A DNA stretch of 64,000 nt from Chloroflexota bacterium (lineage in GTDB: Bacteria; Chloroflexota; UBA11872; VXOZ01): NCBI GenBank assembly GCA_963663275.1, contig OY760183.1, positions 1,248,001 to 1,312,000 on the forward strand, read 5' to 3'. The notes below the pieces were generated by a model. It ran no database searches, was not told where the DNA came from, and worked only from the letters and a program-made list of their open reading frames with translations. The position numbers and the translations under genes are program-made. Shown here in pieces: positions 48,042-57,376 of this stretch. Each line of letters opens with the position of its first letter. Position 1 is the stretch's first letter.

Positions 48042-49143
48042 AGAGGCCAGAGACGAATTGCGCGCGCACCTGGCGGACGCTATCGAGCACCGGGTGGCGC
48101 GGGGCGCTGAACATGCGCAAGCGGAGCGGGAAGCCGTCGCGGCCTTGGGCGAGGTGGAGACGCTCAACCGCGGACTGCTCCGCGCGCACTATGGCAGGAA
48201 GTGGCTGGTTCACATCTTGCTCCACACGTTCGGCTGGTGGATTCCGGAATTGCCGCGCATCCGCTTGCGCCCGAAATTCGCGATCTGGAAGTATGCGAGC
48301 AAGTACCGCCGCCAGTATGCTGAGGGCCGTTACGACGAGATTATCGCACGCTTAGAACGGGAACTTGCGTCGCCAAACCGCGACGACGACCTGCACAGCG
48401 ATCTTGGCTTGGCATACAACGCCATCGGCGAGCATGAGCGCGCGTTGACGCACCTGCAAGCGGCTGTGGACTGGTACAAGGCGCATCCGGCGTTGCAGAA
48501 GTCTGACGATGGGAGAGACGTGGGACTGGCGGGCGCTTACAGCAATCTGGCCGGTGTTCTGGAAACGTTGGGCAGAGAGGACGAGGCTGAGGCGGCGGTC
48601 CAAGCCGGGCTCGCGGCGGACGATAGGCTCTTTCTGCTGAACTTCCAGCAGGCGAGCTTCTGCCTGAGGCGTGGAGACCGTGACGGGGTTCTTGCTCATC
48701 TCGAAGCGTCCCTGAGTCAGAATGACAGCGATATGACAAAGGGCGGTCACGGCAGGACGCTCCTCCTCATTCTGTGCGCATCAGACTATGACGCCTTGCG
48801 CCCGGATCCGCGCTTTAGCGCGCTCGCCTATCGTGCCTACCGCAGCCTGCCCGATGCACATAAGACTTTGGGAAGTGAATACGAGGAACTGGCGGCCATG
48901 CCGAGCGGCCTTGCCGTGGACGGCCAGGACTTCCTGCACAACTGCCAGCAGGCAAGAAGCCGCCTTGAGCGGGGCGACATAGACGGCGCTTTCCATCATC
49001 TTGAAGCGTGCTTGGACGCTACCGTGAAAAACGGCAATCCTGGGGCAATCCTCCTGCTTGTATTGAGCGCCGCTACGTTCGACCCCTTGCGCAAAGAGTC
49101 GCGGTTCGACCGCCTGCTGGACCGGGCCTACTCCAGCCGGTAG
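47968..49143 (+). CDS. HAAS/permease-prefix domain + TPR protein
   Basis: ELRAHLADA..AEREAVAALGE, TPR helices, duplicated D.LR..RF C-terminal module; ggagg RBS. Confidence 0.75.
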   Translation: MARLTPETKRFLRKAVAGLPPPKRKEARDELRAHLADAIEHRVARGAEHAQAEREAVAALGEVETLNRGLLRAHYGRKWLVHILLHTFGWWIPELPRIRLRPKFAIWKYASKYRRQYAEGRYDEIIARLERELASPNRDDDLHSDLGLAYNAIGEHERALTHLQAAVDWYKAHPALQKSDDGRDVGLAGAYSNLAGVLETLGREDEAEAAVQAGLAADDRLFLLNFQQASFCLRRGDRDGVLAHLEASLSQNDSDMTKGGHGRTLLLILCASDYDALRPDPRFSALAYRAYRSLPDAHKTLGSEYEELAAMPSGLAVDGQDFLHNCQQARSRLERGDIDGAFHHLEACLDATVKNGNPGAILLLVLSAATFDPLRKESRFDRLLDRAYSSR

Positions 49144-49266
49144 CATCGTCCAGCCGCTTTCCGTCTCCCAGCCTTGCGCCGATATGCCGCCGGGACCGGT
49201 AGCGCGTTCCGCAAGCCGCGGCGCGCCCAGATGTGGTCGCGTAAACGGAGCGCGGGGGCTTGTCCC

Positions 49267-49441
49267 CAATGCTGTCGCATTAACTTCTGACTAAGGCAAC
49301 CACGCAGAACCCGCGCTGCTAATGCGCTTGATCTCTCGTCAACCCGGTGTAAGGGCATGACATGTCGTGCCCCTACACCGGGTTGACAAGCCGCGTAGGG
49401 GCTCATACTCGTGACTCTCTACTCTTAATGCGACGGCATTG
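49267..49441. mobile_element. 175-bp MITE (CAATGCTGTCGC family) inserted in REP B
   Basis: 17-bp TIR caatgctgtcgcattaa/ttaatgcgacggcattg (1 mismatch); 11-bp duplication gggcttgtccc at 49256-49266 and 49442-49452. Confidence 0.88.
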
Positions 49442-49782
49442 GGGCTTGTCCCCCGCCGGAGCACGCGGAACTGCCGCCAAGAGAGCAGCACGGGGCGTGC
49501 ATTAGTGACTCTCGCTGCGGGATAGTCAGGGCGGCAACATTGAGGGAGCGCCCCTCTGCTCCCTGAGAGTTGGCCGCATTGGCGCTCCTCTACGCTGTGC
49601 TAGTATGAGCCTATAGTTCCCCTTTCCTCTGAATCAGGAATCTACCGCGAAAGTGTCGAGAAGGTTGGACAGAGCGCCGCTCATGGTTGGAGTCTACGGC
49701 AAGCCCGGCGCCGGCACGGTTAGCCAGGAGTGGAAGCGACACTTGTCCGTGTCCCTGGCCCGCATCCGTTCATCCTTCGACA

Positions 49783-50169
49783 GGCTCAGGACGAACGGAA
49801 GCAACAGTCGTCTTGGGACGAGCGGATGCGACCGTCGGCTCAGGACGAACGGATGCGACCGTCGGCTTGGGACGGACGGATGCTACTGTTGGCTTGGGAC
49901 GGACGGATGCGACACTCGGCTTAGGAGACCTTTGCGTAACGCCGTCATTCCGGCGAAAGCCGGAATCCAGGGAGCTTTTTCAACTAAAGATTGCAAAGAG
50001 CCAAGCCGTTTCACACCCATCCCAACCTTCCCCCTCAATGGGGAAGGGGTAATACAGAGGTCTTTTAGGACGAACGGATGCTGTTTTCGGCTTAGGTCGA
50101 ATGGATGCTACTCTCGGGTGAGAACGAACGGATGCTTCTCTCGGCTCGAGATGAACGGATGCGCTGCTT
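49783..50169 (+). repeat. 27-bp tandem array (9 units) interrupted by a MITE
   Basis: Consensus ggcttaggacgaacggatgcnactntc; first unit is the end of palindrome ccgttcatccttcgacaggctcaggacgaacgg. Confidence 0.9.
49925..50064. mobile_element. 140-bp MITE (GAGACCTTTGC family)
   Basis: gagacctttgcgtaac ... gtaatacagaggtctt, TTAG duplicated at 49921-49924 and 50065-50068. Confidence 0.85.
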
Positions 50170-50271
50170 GCGCTAGATGCTTCTCTAGCGCGTGCCGTTG
50201 GCTCATAAGCATCGTCCTTTCCGTCTTTCCCGCCAATGCCGCTGTTCCCGCGTACTGCGCGCCATCTCATC

Positions 50272-51852
50272 ATGTCTGCTTCTGACAAGCCGGCATTCCC
50301 CTGGCGGTTCTGGTGGCTGCGCGCCGGGGGCGGCAGCGTGGTGAGCGGCGCGACCATCCTGATGGCGAGTTTCGTGCTCTCGCGCGTGTTGGGGTTAGCG
50401 CGGGAGGTAGCCATCAGCGCGCAGTTTGGCACGTCGAATGAGTTTGCCGCCTACGTAGCGGCATTCCGGTTGCCGGACCTGGCGTTTCTGCTCTTTGCCG
50501 GCGGCGCGTTGAGTTCCGCCTACATCCCGCTCTACCGCGAGGCGCTGGGGCGCAACGACCGCGCCGCCGCGCGGGCGTTCTGCAGCACGGCGCTCAACGC
50601 CGTGATAATGGCGGTGGGATTCTTCGTCGTCGGCGTCGTATTGCTGGCGCCGTTGATCGTGCCGCTCTTTACGCCCGGCTTCGATAGCGAGACCCGCCGG
50701 CTCACCGTCGCGCTGCTGGGCATCGTCGCCTTCTCGCCCTTGTTCCTCGCCGCCAGCGAAGTGCTCACGGCCACGCTGCACACCCGGCGGCACTTCCTGC
50801 TGCCCGCCCTGGCGCCGCTGCTCTACAATCTGGCAATCGTCGCCGGCGCCGTCGCGCTGGCGCTGCGGTGGGGCATCTTTGGCGTGGCGGCCGGCGTGGT
50901 GATTGGCGCGGTGTTGCACGTGCTCGTGCAGATTCCCGCCTTCCGGGCCTTGGGACCGGGCCTTAGCCTGACCCTCGACCCGCGCCTGCCGGAACTGAAG
51001 CGTCTGATACGGAGCGCCGCGCCGCGCATGGCCGGGCTGGTCGCCGTCCATCTCTCGCTGATGTTCATCACGGTCACGCTCGCCTCCACGCTGGGGGAGG
51101 GCATGGTGGCGGCGCTGCACTATGCCTGGATTCTGATGATGCTGCCGCTGGGGGTGTTTGGCATGTCGGTGGCGCGGGCCTGGTTTCCCCGCTTTGCCGC
51201 CGCCGCCGTCTCCGGTCCCACGCCGTTGCTGGCGCGGCAACTCACCGCGGCCATGCGCGCCGTGCTCTTCTTCCTGCTGCCGGCCGCCGCCGGGCTGATG
51301 CTCTTCGCGCCGCTGGTGGTGGCCGCGCTCTTGGAGCGGGGCGAGTTCGACGCCGCCTCCACCGACCTCACCGCCTGGGCGCTGCTCTTCTTTGCGATCG
51401 GCCTGGCCGGGCACGGCGCGGTGGAGGTGCTGAACCGGGGCTTCTTCGCGCTTCAGGATACGCGCACGCCGGTGTTGATCGGCATCGCCAGCATGGGACT
51501 GGGCATCGGGCTGGCCGCGCTGCTCATGCGGCCGCTGGCGCAGGGCGGCCTGGCGCTGGGCATCTCGCTTGCGGTCTTGCTGGAGGCGGTCTGGCTGTGG
51601 CTGCTGCTGGCGCGGCGCGTGGCGGGATTCCGCTTTCTCGGCGGCATACTCCCGCTACTCATCTGTACGTTCGCCGCCGCGGCCGCCAGTGGCGGGTTGC
51701 AATGGCTGGCGCCGCTCTCCGGCGCGCCCGCCGTCGTTCGGCTCGTTCTCTACGGCTTTGTGCTAATTGGCGTCTACGCCGCGTCCGCGCTGCTGCTCGG
51801 CGTGCCGGAAGCGCGCACCGCGTGGCAGCGCCTGCCGCTCGGGCGCCGGTAG
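50272..51852 (+). CDS. murJ: Lipid II flippase MurJ
   Basis: SRVLGLARE, AFRLPD, GALSSAYIP, LPLGVFG, ERGEFD, FFALQDTRTP. Confidence 0.92.
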   Translation: MSASDKPAFPWRFWWLRAGGGSVVSGATILMASFVLSRVLGLAREVAISAQFGTSNEFAAYVAAFRLPDLAFLLFAGGALSSAYIPLYREALGRNDRAAARAFCSTALNAVIMAVGFFVVGVVLLAPLIVPLFTPGFDSETRRLTVALLGIVAFSPLFLAASEVLTATLHTRRHFLLPALAPLLYNLAIVAGAVALALRWGIFGVAAGVVIGAVLHVLVQIPAFRALGPGLSLTLDPRLPELKRLIRSAAPRMAGLVAVHLSLMFITVTLASTLGEGMVAALHYAWILMMLPLGVFGMSVARAWFPRFAAAAVSGPTPLLARQLTAAMRAVLFFLLPAAAGLMLFAPLVVAALLERGEFDAASTDLTAWALLFFAIGLAGHGAVEVLNRGFFALQDTRTPVLIGIASMGLGIGLAALLMRPLAQGGLALGISLAVLLEAVWLWLLLARRVAGFRFLGGILPLLICTFAAAAASGGLQWLAPLSGAPAVVRLVLYGFVLIGVYAASALLLGVPEARTAWQRLPLGRR

Positions 51853-51997
51853 AGCAAGGCGCGGGGCGCGTACGAGGGCGCCGGCAACGGCCGCACGACG
51901 ACAATTAAGAGCCGCCTTCACACTTTCACCACAGTTTGTTGGCACAATGTACGTTTGAACGCAGACGAAAGCGACCGCAGTCTCGCAAGAGGAGCAC

Positions 51998-53166
51998 ATG
52001 CCGTTGGCAGCACAAACCCAGACCACAGACGCCGGTCCCATCCGCGACCAGGCGCGCATCACCGCCCTCGACCTGATACGCGGCGTGGCGGTGCTGGGCA
52101 TTCTGTTGATGAACGCCGTATCGTTCGCGTTCGTGGAAGCGGCGTACTACAACGTCAGCGCGGACGGTACCGAGACGTGGCTGGATTGGGTCGTGGGCAT
52201 CTTTGGCGAGATCTTCATCGACCAGAAGTTCATGGGGATGTTCTCGCTGCTGTTCGGGGCGGGGATAATCCTGTTCATCGACCGCGCCGCCCGGCGCGGC
52301 GCGCGCGCCGTGCTGCTGAGCCTGTGGCGCAACGTTCTGCTGCTGGGCATCGGCATAGCGCACTTCACGCTGTGGTATGGCGACGTGCTCTGGATCTACG
52401 CGGTGTCGGCCTTCATTCTGCTCCCGCTGCGCAGACTGCCAAACCGGGCGCTGCTGGCGCTGGGCGCAGCCGTGTTCATGGTGAGCGTTGCCAGCGATTT
52501 GTACGGACAGTCCCTTGTCAACGCGGGCGCGCCGCTGGGCGGCACGTGGTCTACCACCGAGGCGGAGGACGCCACGCTGGGGTATCTCTCCTGGTTCTCG
52601 TACATCGCGCGCGGGCCGGGGATGGTGCTCATCGGCGCGGCGCTCTACCGCATGGGCTTCATGGACGGCGGCAAGCCGGCAAAGACGTACCGCGTGACCG
52701 CGGTCATTGGCTGGGCGTCGGCCTGGCGCTGGCCGCCCTGGGTGCGGCGCTTACGGCCGCGGCGGACTACTCCGGAGAGGTCGCGCTGCTGGGGCAGGTA
52801 CCGAACAGCCTGGGCACGATCCCGGCGGCGTTGGGCTACGCGAGCCTCATCATGCTGTGGAACAAGGGCGCCGACAATTGGCTCAAGCGGCGGCTGCGCG
52901 CCGTGGGCAGGATGGCGCTGACGAACTATCTGACGCAGTCGATCCTGGGCGTGCTCGTTTTGACCTACGCGCTGGCCGACGCCGGCTTCGTGAGCCGCAG
53001 CGCCGTCTTGCTTTTCGTGTTCGCGGTGTGGACGCTGCAAGTGTGGTGGTCGCAGGCGTGGCTGAGCCGCTTCTCCTTCGGGCCCGTGGAGTGGCTCTGG
53101 CGGGTGGCTACCTATCGCCGCCTCCAACCCTTGCGCCGCCCCCGGGACGCGCGGGGAGCGGCATAG
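51998..53166 (+). pseudogene. DUF418-family membrane protein, frameshifted near 52711
   Basis: N-half (RITALDLIRGVAVLGILLMN, FSLLFGAG) and C-half (GRMALTNYLTQS, FGPVEWLWR) lie in different frames. Confidence 0.85.
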
Positions 53167-53260
53167 GCAAGCCGCCGACCCGCCCGGCGCGGGGGAGTCT
53201 GGCCGCTTCCGCGCGGGGTTGATATTGAGCGCCGTCCGCTTCCCGTCTCTACCCGCTTGA

Positions 53261-53289
53261 TTGACACGCTCTCGCAACTGGATTAGAGT
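53261..53289 (+). promoter_or_regulatory. Sigma70-type promoter
   Basis: ttgaca-17-tagagt, about 55 bp upstream of the SBP start. Confidence 0.6.
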
Positions 53290-53343
53290 CGTGGCATGGG
53301 TAAATGGGATTGACCATCCCCCAGTCAGGCAAGGAGAGGCGAA

Positions 53344-54732
53344 ATGTTAACACGGCGAAACTTTCTGCGCTTCAGCGGCGTAGCGGCTACGGCGGTTGTC
53401 GCGGCGGCTTGCGGCACGGCGCAGATGGCCCCGGCGGCTGAAGAGCCGGCCGCGGAGGAGAAAGAAGCCCCCAAGGAGGCTGCCGCGGAAGCGCCGGCCA
53501 AGGAGTTGCGGAAACTCTCCATCCATAGCTACGGCAACGCCGCCGTGCTCGAGCGCTACGTGCGCGTCTTAGGCGTCTTCAACGAGACGTTTGCCGGTGA
53601 GTATGAGGCGGAAGCGACCATTACACCCTTCTCCGAGTACAACCCCAAGCTGATCTCTCAGATTACGGCGGGTGTGCCGCCGGACGTCTGGAACATGTGG
53701 GCGCAGTTCAAGTCCAATTACGTGGAACAAGGCATTGTGCTCGACGTTACCGATCGCGTCAAAGCGAGCGCGACTGCCAGCCTGGACCACTACGTCCAGC
53801 CGATGCACGAAGCCATGTCGTATCAAGGCCGCATCTGGGGCACGGCGCAGGACTTCAACGGCACCTTGATCTATCTCAACCTGACCATCTTCCAGAACGC
53901 GGGATTGGAATTGCCGGCCGAAGGCTGGACGATGGATGACCTGCGCGACATTGCGAAGCGCACCGTCAATCCGGAGGAGAACATCTGGGGCGGCAAGAAT
54001 CTCGCGAACAACACCGGCTCCGACAATTTTGCGGTGATGTGGAATTACGGCCAGCACTTCTGGGTGGACGACGAGCAGACCAATTCGTTGGTCAATAGTC
54101 CGGCCGCCGTTGCCATGTATACCATCTACCAGGACATGGCGTATGCCGACCGCAGCATGCCGTCGGCGGCCAATCCCCAGGAAAGCGGCCTCGGTTCCCA
54201 TCAAGGGTACTATGCCACGTGGGACGCCTGGGGCAACGAGCCCTGGTGGATCGATTTCCGTAATGAGGGCAACGTGCCGTTCGAATGGCAGGCCCATACG
54301 TATCCCGCCGGCCCCATGGACCAGAAGCACTTCTCCCAGGGCCACCTGTGGTCGATTGCGGAGTCCCATGCGGACCACGATACCGCTTGGTTCCTTGCCG
54401 AGTGGATCGGCGGTCTCGAGGGCTGGAAACAGTGGGTAGCCCTGGGACAGGGTCAGCCGCTGCCGGTCTCCGACCGCGCGCTGTGGGAGCAGTATTACAG
54501 CTTCCTGCCGCCGGAAAAGGCGCAGATACAGACGGACTTCATGCTGGAGCGCATGTACAACGGCCTGGCCTTCAACTTCCAGTACTGGCCGACGTACGGC
54601 GATTGCAGCGGCATTATGCGCGAGGCGCACAAGGTCATCTTTGGTGAATCGCCGGGCGACGTGAAGTCCAACCTCGACGAGGCCGCCAAGCGCATGGAAG
54701 CGGTGCTGGACGAGTACAAGAACCGCTCGTAA
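53344..54732 (+). CDS. Sugar ABC substrate-binding Tat lipoprotein
   Basis: LTRRNFL, AAACG, WTMDDL; aaggagagg RBS. Confidence 0.9.
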   Translation: MLTRRNFLRFSGVAATAVVAAACGTAQMAPAAEEPAAEEKEAPKEAAAEAPAKELRKLSIHSYGNAAVLERYVRVLGVFNETFAGEYEAEATITPFSEYNPKLISQITAGVPPDVWNMWAQFKSNYVEQGIVLDVTDRVKASATASLDHYVQPMHEAMSYQGRIWGTAQDFNGTLIYLNLTIFQNAGLELPAEGWTMDDLRDIAKRTVNPEENIWGGKNLANNTGSDNFAVMWNYGQHFWVDDEQTNSLVNSPAAVAMYTIYQDMAYADRSMPSAANPQESGLGSHQGYYATWDAWGNEPWWIDFRNEGNVPFEWQAHTYPAGPMDQKHFSQGHLWSIAESHADHDTAWFLAEWIGGLEGWKQWVALGQGQPLPVSDRALWEQYYSFLPPEKAQIQTDFMLERMYNGLAFNFQYWPTYGDCSGIMREAHKVIFGESPGDVKSNLDEAAKRMEAVLDEYKNRS

Positions 54733-54777
54733 TCCCTCTGGCAGGCGGTAATCGAGCAACGGGTAGGGGCACGACAT

Positions 54778-54920
54778 GTCGTGCCCCTACCCGTCTTGCG
54801 TAAAGCGGGCATTGACGGTCGTGCCCCTACCCGTTATGCGTAGCGCGCGCGTTGACGGTCGTGCCCCTACCCGTTTTGCATAAAGGGTACGTTGACGGTT
54901 GTGCCCCTACACCGTTTTTG
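54778..54920 (+). repeat. 40-bp tandem array (about 3.5 units) beginning in a REP A right arm
   Basis: gtcgtgcccctacccgt..ttgacg at 54778, 54818, 54858, 54898. Confidence 0.9.
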
Positions 54921-55192
54921 CGAGGCCCTGCTCGAATGCGGCATGCCATCCGTCGCGGGCGGTTGCCGCCGCGCTGTGCGCGCCTGCGCGCGGGGCGTTC
55001 CTCGCCTTGCCGCCCTCGCTCAAGCACTAGTGCGCTGTGCTGGACTGTCATTCCGAGCGGAGCGAGGAATCTAGGATGCCCGCACACAGTCCGATTGGCT
55101 CAGCACTCTAGATTCCTCGCTCCGCTCGGAATGACGCAATTGGGGCAATGACGCGAAGCGCGCTCCGATAACGGAATCGAGTCCGGGTCTAC

Positions 55193-56215
55193 CTATTCTG
55201 TGACTTCAGCGCGCTCCACGGCGCGGCGCTCCTGGCTGGAGCGGCAGAGCATCTCGCAGGCGCGGAGCACTTCCAGGTTGTTGCGCCCGCTGATCTCCGG
55301 CTCGACGCCGTCCGCGATATAGCGGTAGAAGTCGTCGATCACGCCGTGCTCGCTGCGGGTTGGCGCCGGCGCGTGGGGAACGGGCCGCGGCGGCCGCGCT
55401 TTGCCAAAGTCCGCGTCCGGCGTGGTCTGCCACTGCCAGTTTTCGCCGTCCCAGTCCAGCACGCCCTCCGCGCTCTGCACCGCGAAACGGTAGTCGTTGA
55501 AACTGGCGACGTGCGACATGGCGTAGGTAGTAATCGCGCCGCTCGCAAAGCGCAGGGTCGCCGCAATCCCGGCGTCGTGGGGGTATTGCGACCACGGCGC
55601 GCTGAAACTGCGGGCCGTAACTTCCGCAATCGGCCCAAAGCAGCAGACCAGGTTGTCCAGGTGGTGCACGCTCATGTCCCACACCATCGCGAACGGATAG
55701 TCCAGCGTGCGCGGTGTGGGCCGGTAGCGGTGGTGAATCAGGTCGATCAGGTGGGGCGTGCCGTAGTCTCCGCTTGCGATTGCGGCTTTCAGCGTGCGCA
55801 CCTCGGGGCGGTAGCGGTAGTTCTGCGAGACGCAGAAGCGCACCCCGGCGCGTTCCGCCGCCGCCACCAACGCAATGGCGTCCGGCCAGTTCGTCGTCAT
55901 GCCTTTCTCGACCAGCACGTGCTTGCTGGCTTGAAACGCCAGCCGGGCTAAGGGCGCGTGGTAAATCGTGGGCGCGCAGATGATGACGGCGTCGGCCTCT
56001 ACGGCGTCAAGCGCCTCGTCCAGTTGCGTAAATGAGACCGCCGCGCCAAGCCCGGTGTGCGCCCGCGCCGCCGCGAGCAGTTCCGGCGAAACGTCCACCA
56101 GCGCCGCCGGCTGAAACCGGGGATCGGCCGTCAACACCTCCAGGGGCCACTGGCCCCGGCGGCCGACGCCGACGTGGATGGTGCGAATAGGGGCGCGCTC
56201 GGTCATGATTGTCAT
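55193..56215 (-). CDS. Gfo/Idh/MocA oxidoreductase
   Basis: VGVGRRG, HVLVEKG, SQNYRY, WDMSVHHLD. Confidence 0.9.
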   Translation of the reverse strand: MTIMTERAPIRTIHVGVGRRGQWPLEVLTADPRFQPAALVDVSPELLAAARAHTGLGAAVSFTQLDEALDAVEADAVIICAPTIYHAPLARLAFQASKHVLVEKGMTTNWPDAIALVAAAERAGVRFCVSQNYRYRPEVRTLKAAIASGDYGTPHLIDLIHHRYRPTPRTLDYPFAMVWDMSVHHLDNLVCCFGPIAEVTARSFSAPWSQYPHDAGIAATLRFASGAITTYAMSHVASFNDYRFAVQSAEGVLDWDGENWQWQTTPDADFGKARPPRPVPHAPAPTRSEHGVIDDFYRYIADGVEPEISGRNNLEVLRACEMLCRSSQERRAVERAEVTE

Positions 56216-57342
56216 TCCTCCCGCGCGGCGAGATGCCGGACTTTGTCTTCGTCAACCTCGATGCCCAGTCCCGGAGCGTCCGTCACGAGCACGGCGTCGC
56301 CTTCACGGGGGAGCGTTTTGGCGGCGATGTCGTCGGTAAGGAATTGCGGGCCGTTGAGAGCGCACGGCTGCATAATGCCCCAGGCCGCGGCCAGGTGGAC
56401 GCTGGCGGCGAACGCCACGCTGCACTCGGTGAGGCCGCTGCACACCAGCATCAGCCCGGCGGCGTCGGCGAGCGCGGCGCAAGTGCGGGAGGGCCAGAGG
56501 CCGCCGGTGCGCGTGACCTTGAACGTGAACGCCGTCAGCGCCTCCTGTTTGATCAGCGTGAGCAACGGCACCGGGCCGCTGACGGCCTCATCCTGCGCCA
56601 CCGGGATTGGCGATTCCGCCGCAAGGCGCGCCGCCGCGCCGGGCCGGTCCGGCGCAACCGGCTGTTCCAGCAGGGCCACGCCGGCGTCCGCCAAGTCATG
56701 CATCCGCCGGCGCGCCTCGTGGGGCGGAAAGCCGCCGTTGGCGTCGGCCCAGAGGAAGCCGTCGGGAAAGGCGCGCCGCACCAGCGCGCACAGTTCGAGA
56801 TCCCAGTCCATCGCGCCGCCGACCTTCACGTTGCAACTGGTGTAGCCGCGTTCCTCAGCCTCGCGCAGGCTGTCCGCCACTTCCGCCGCATCGCCGCCGG
56901 TCACCGTCCAACTCAGGCGCGCGCCGTCCGCCCGCCGGTGGCCGAAGAGGTCGCGCAGCGGCACGCCGTAATGCCGCGCCAGGGCGTCGTGGGCGGCCAC
57001 GTCGATCGCGGCGCGGGCAATCGGCATGCTCAGGCCCCAGAGGGGGGCGATGGCGCCGTTCATCGCGTCGTGCAGCCCGTCGAAGTCTGCCAACGGGACC
57101 CCAATCACGGCGGGTATGAAATGGTCCTGGAGCACGCTCACTACGGATTCGCGGGTTTCCGGCGACCAGGTGTGGGAAGGCGAACCCTCGCCCCAGCCGA
57201 CGGTTCCGTCGCTGGCGGTGAGTTTCGTGAGCACGATCGGGCGGCCGGCGGCGGCGCTGCCCACGGTGCCCCGCGACGTGCGAAAGAGACCCTTGAACGG
57301 CAGCGTGAACGAGAAAACTTCAATGCGTGCTATCGTGGGCAT
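56212..57342 (-). CDS. Muconate-lactonizing/enolase superfamily enzyme
   Basis: GWGEG, ADANGG, LEQP, AQDE, KVTRTGG, PGLGIEVD. Confidence 0.9.
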   Translation of the reverse strand: MPTIARIEVFSFTLPFKGLFRTSRGTVGSAAAGRPIVLTKLTASDGTVGWGEGSPSHTWSPETRESVVSVLQDHFIPAVIGVPLADFDGLHDAMNGAIAPLWGLSMPIARAAIDVAAHDALARHYGVPLRDLFGHRRADGARLSWTVTGGDAAEVADSLREAEERGYTSCNVKVGGAMDWDLELCALVRRAFPDGFLWADANGGFPPHEARRRMHDLADAGVALLEQPVAPDRPGAAARLAAESPIPVAQDEAVSGPVPLLTLIKQEALTAFTFKVTRTGGLWPSRTCAALADAAGLMLVCSGLTECSVAFAASVHLAAAWGIMQPCALNGPQFLTDDIAAKTLPREGDAVLVTDAPGLGIEVDEDKVRHLAAREE

Positions 57343-57376
57343 GGTTGCTCCTTCGTGAGCGGCGGTTCTCCCAGAA

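Noticed and set aside
49683-49720. P-loop-like VGVYGKPGAGT
   Set aside because: It lacks the GK[ST] ending and any following ATPase motifs.
54778-54920. CRISPR array
   Set aside because: The variable parts are short and related to each other, the repeat is a REP arm, and there are no cas genes. The same applies to the 24- and 27-bp arrays.
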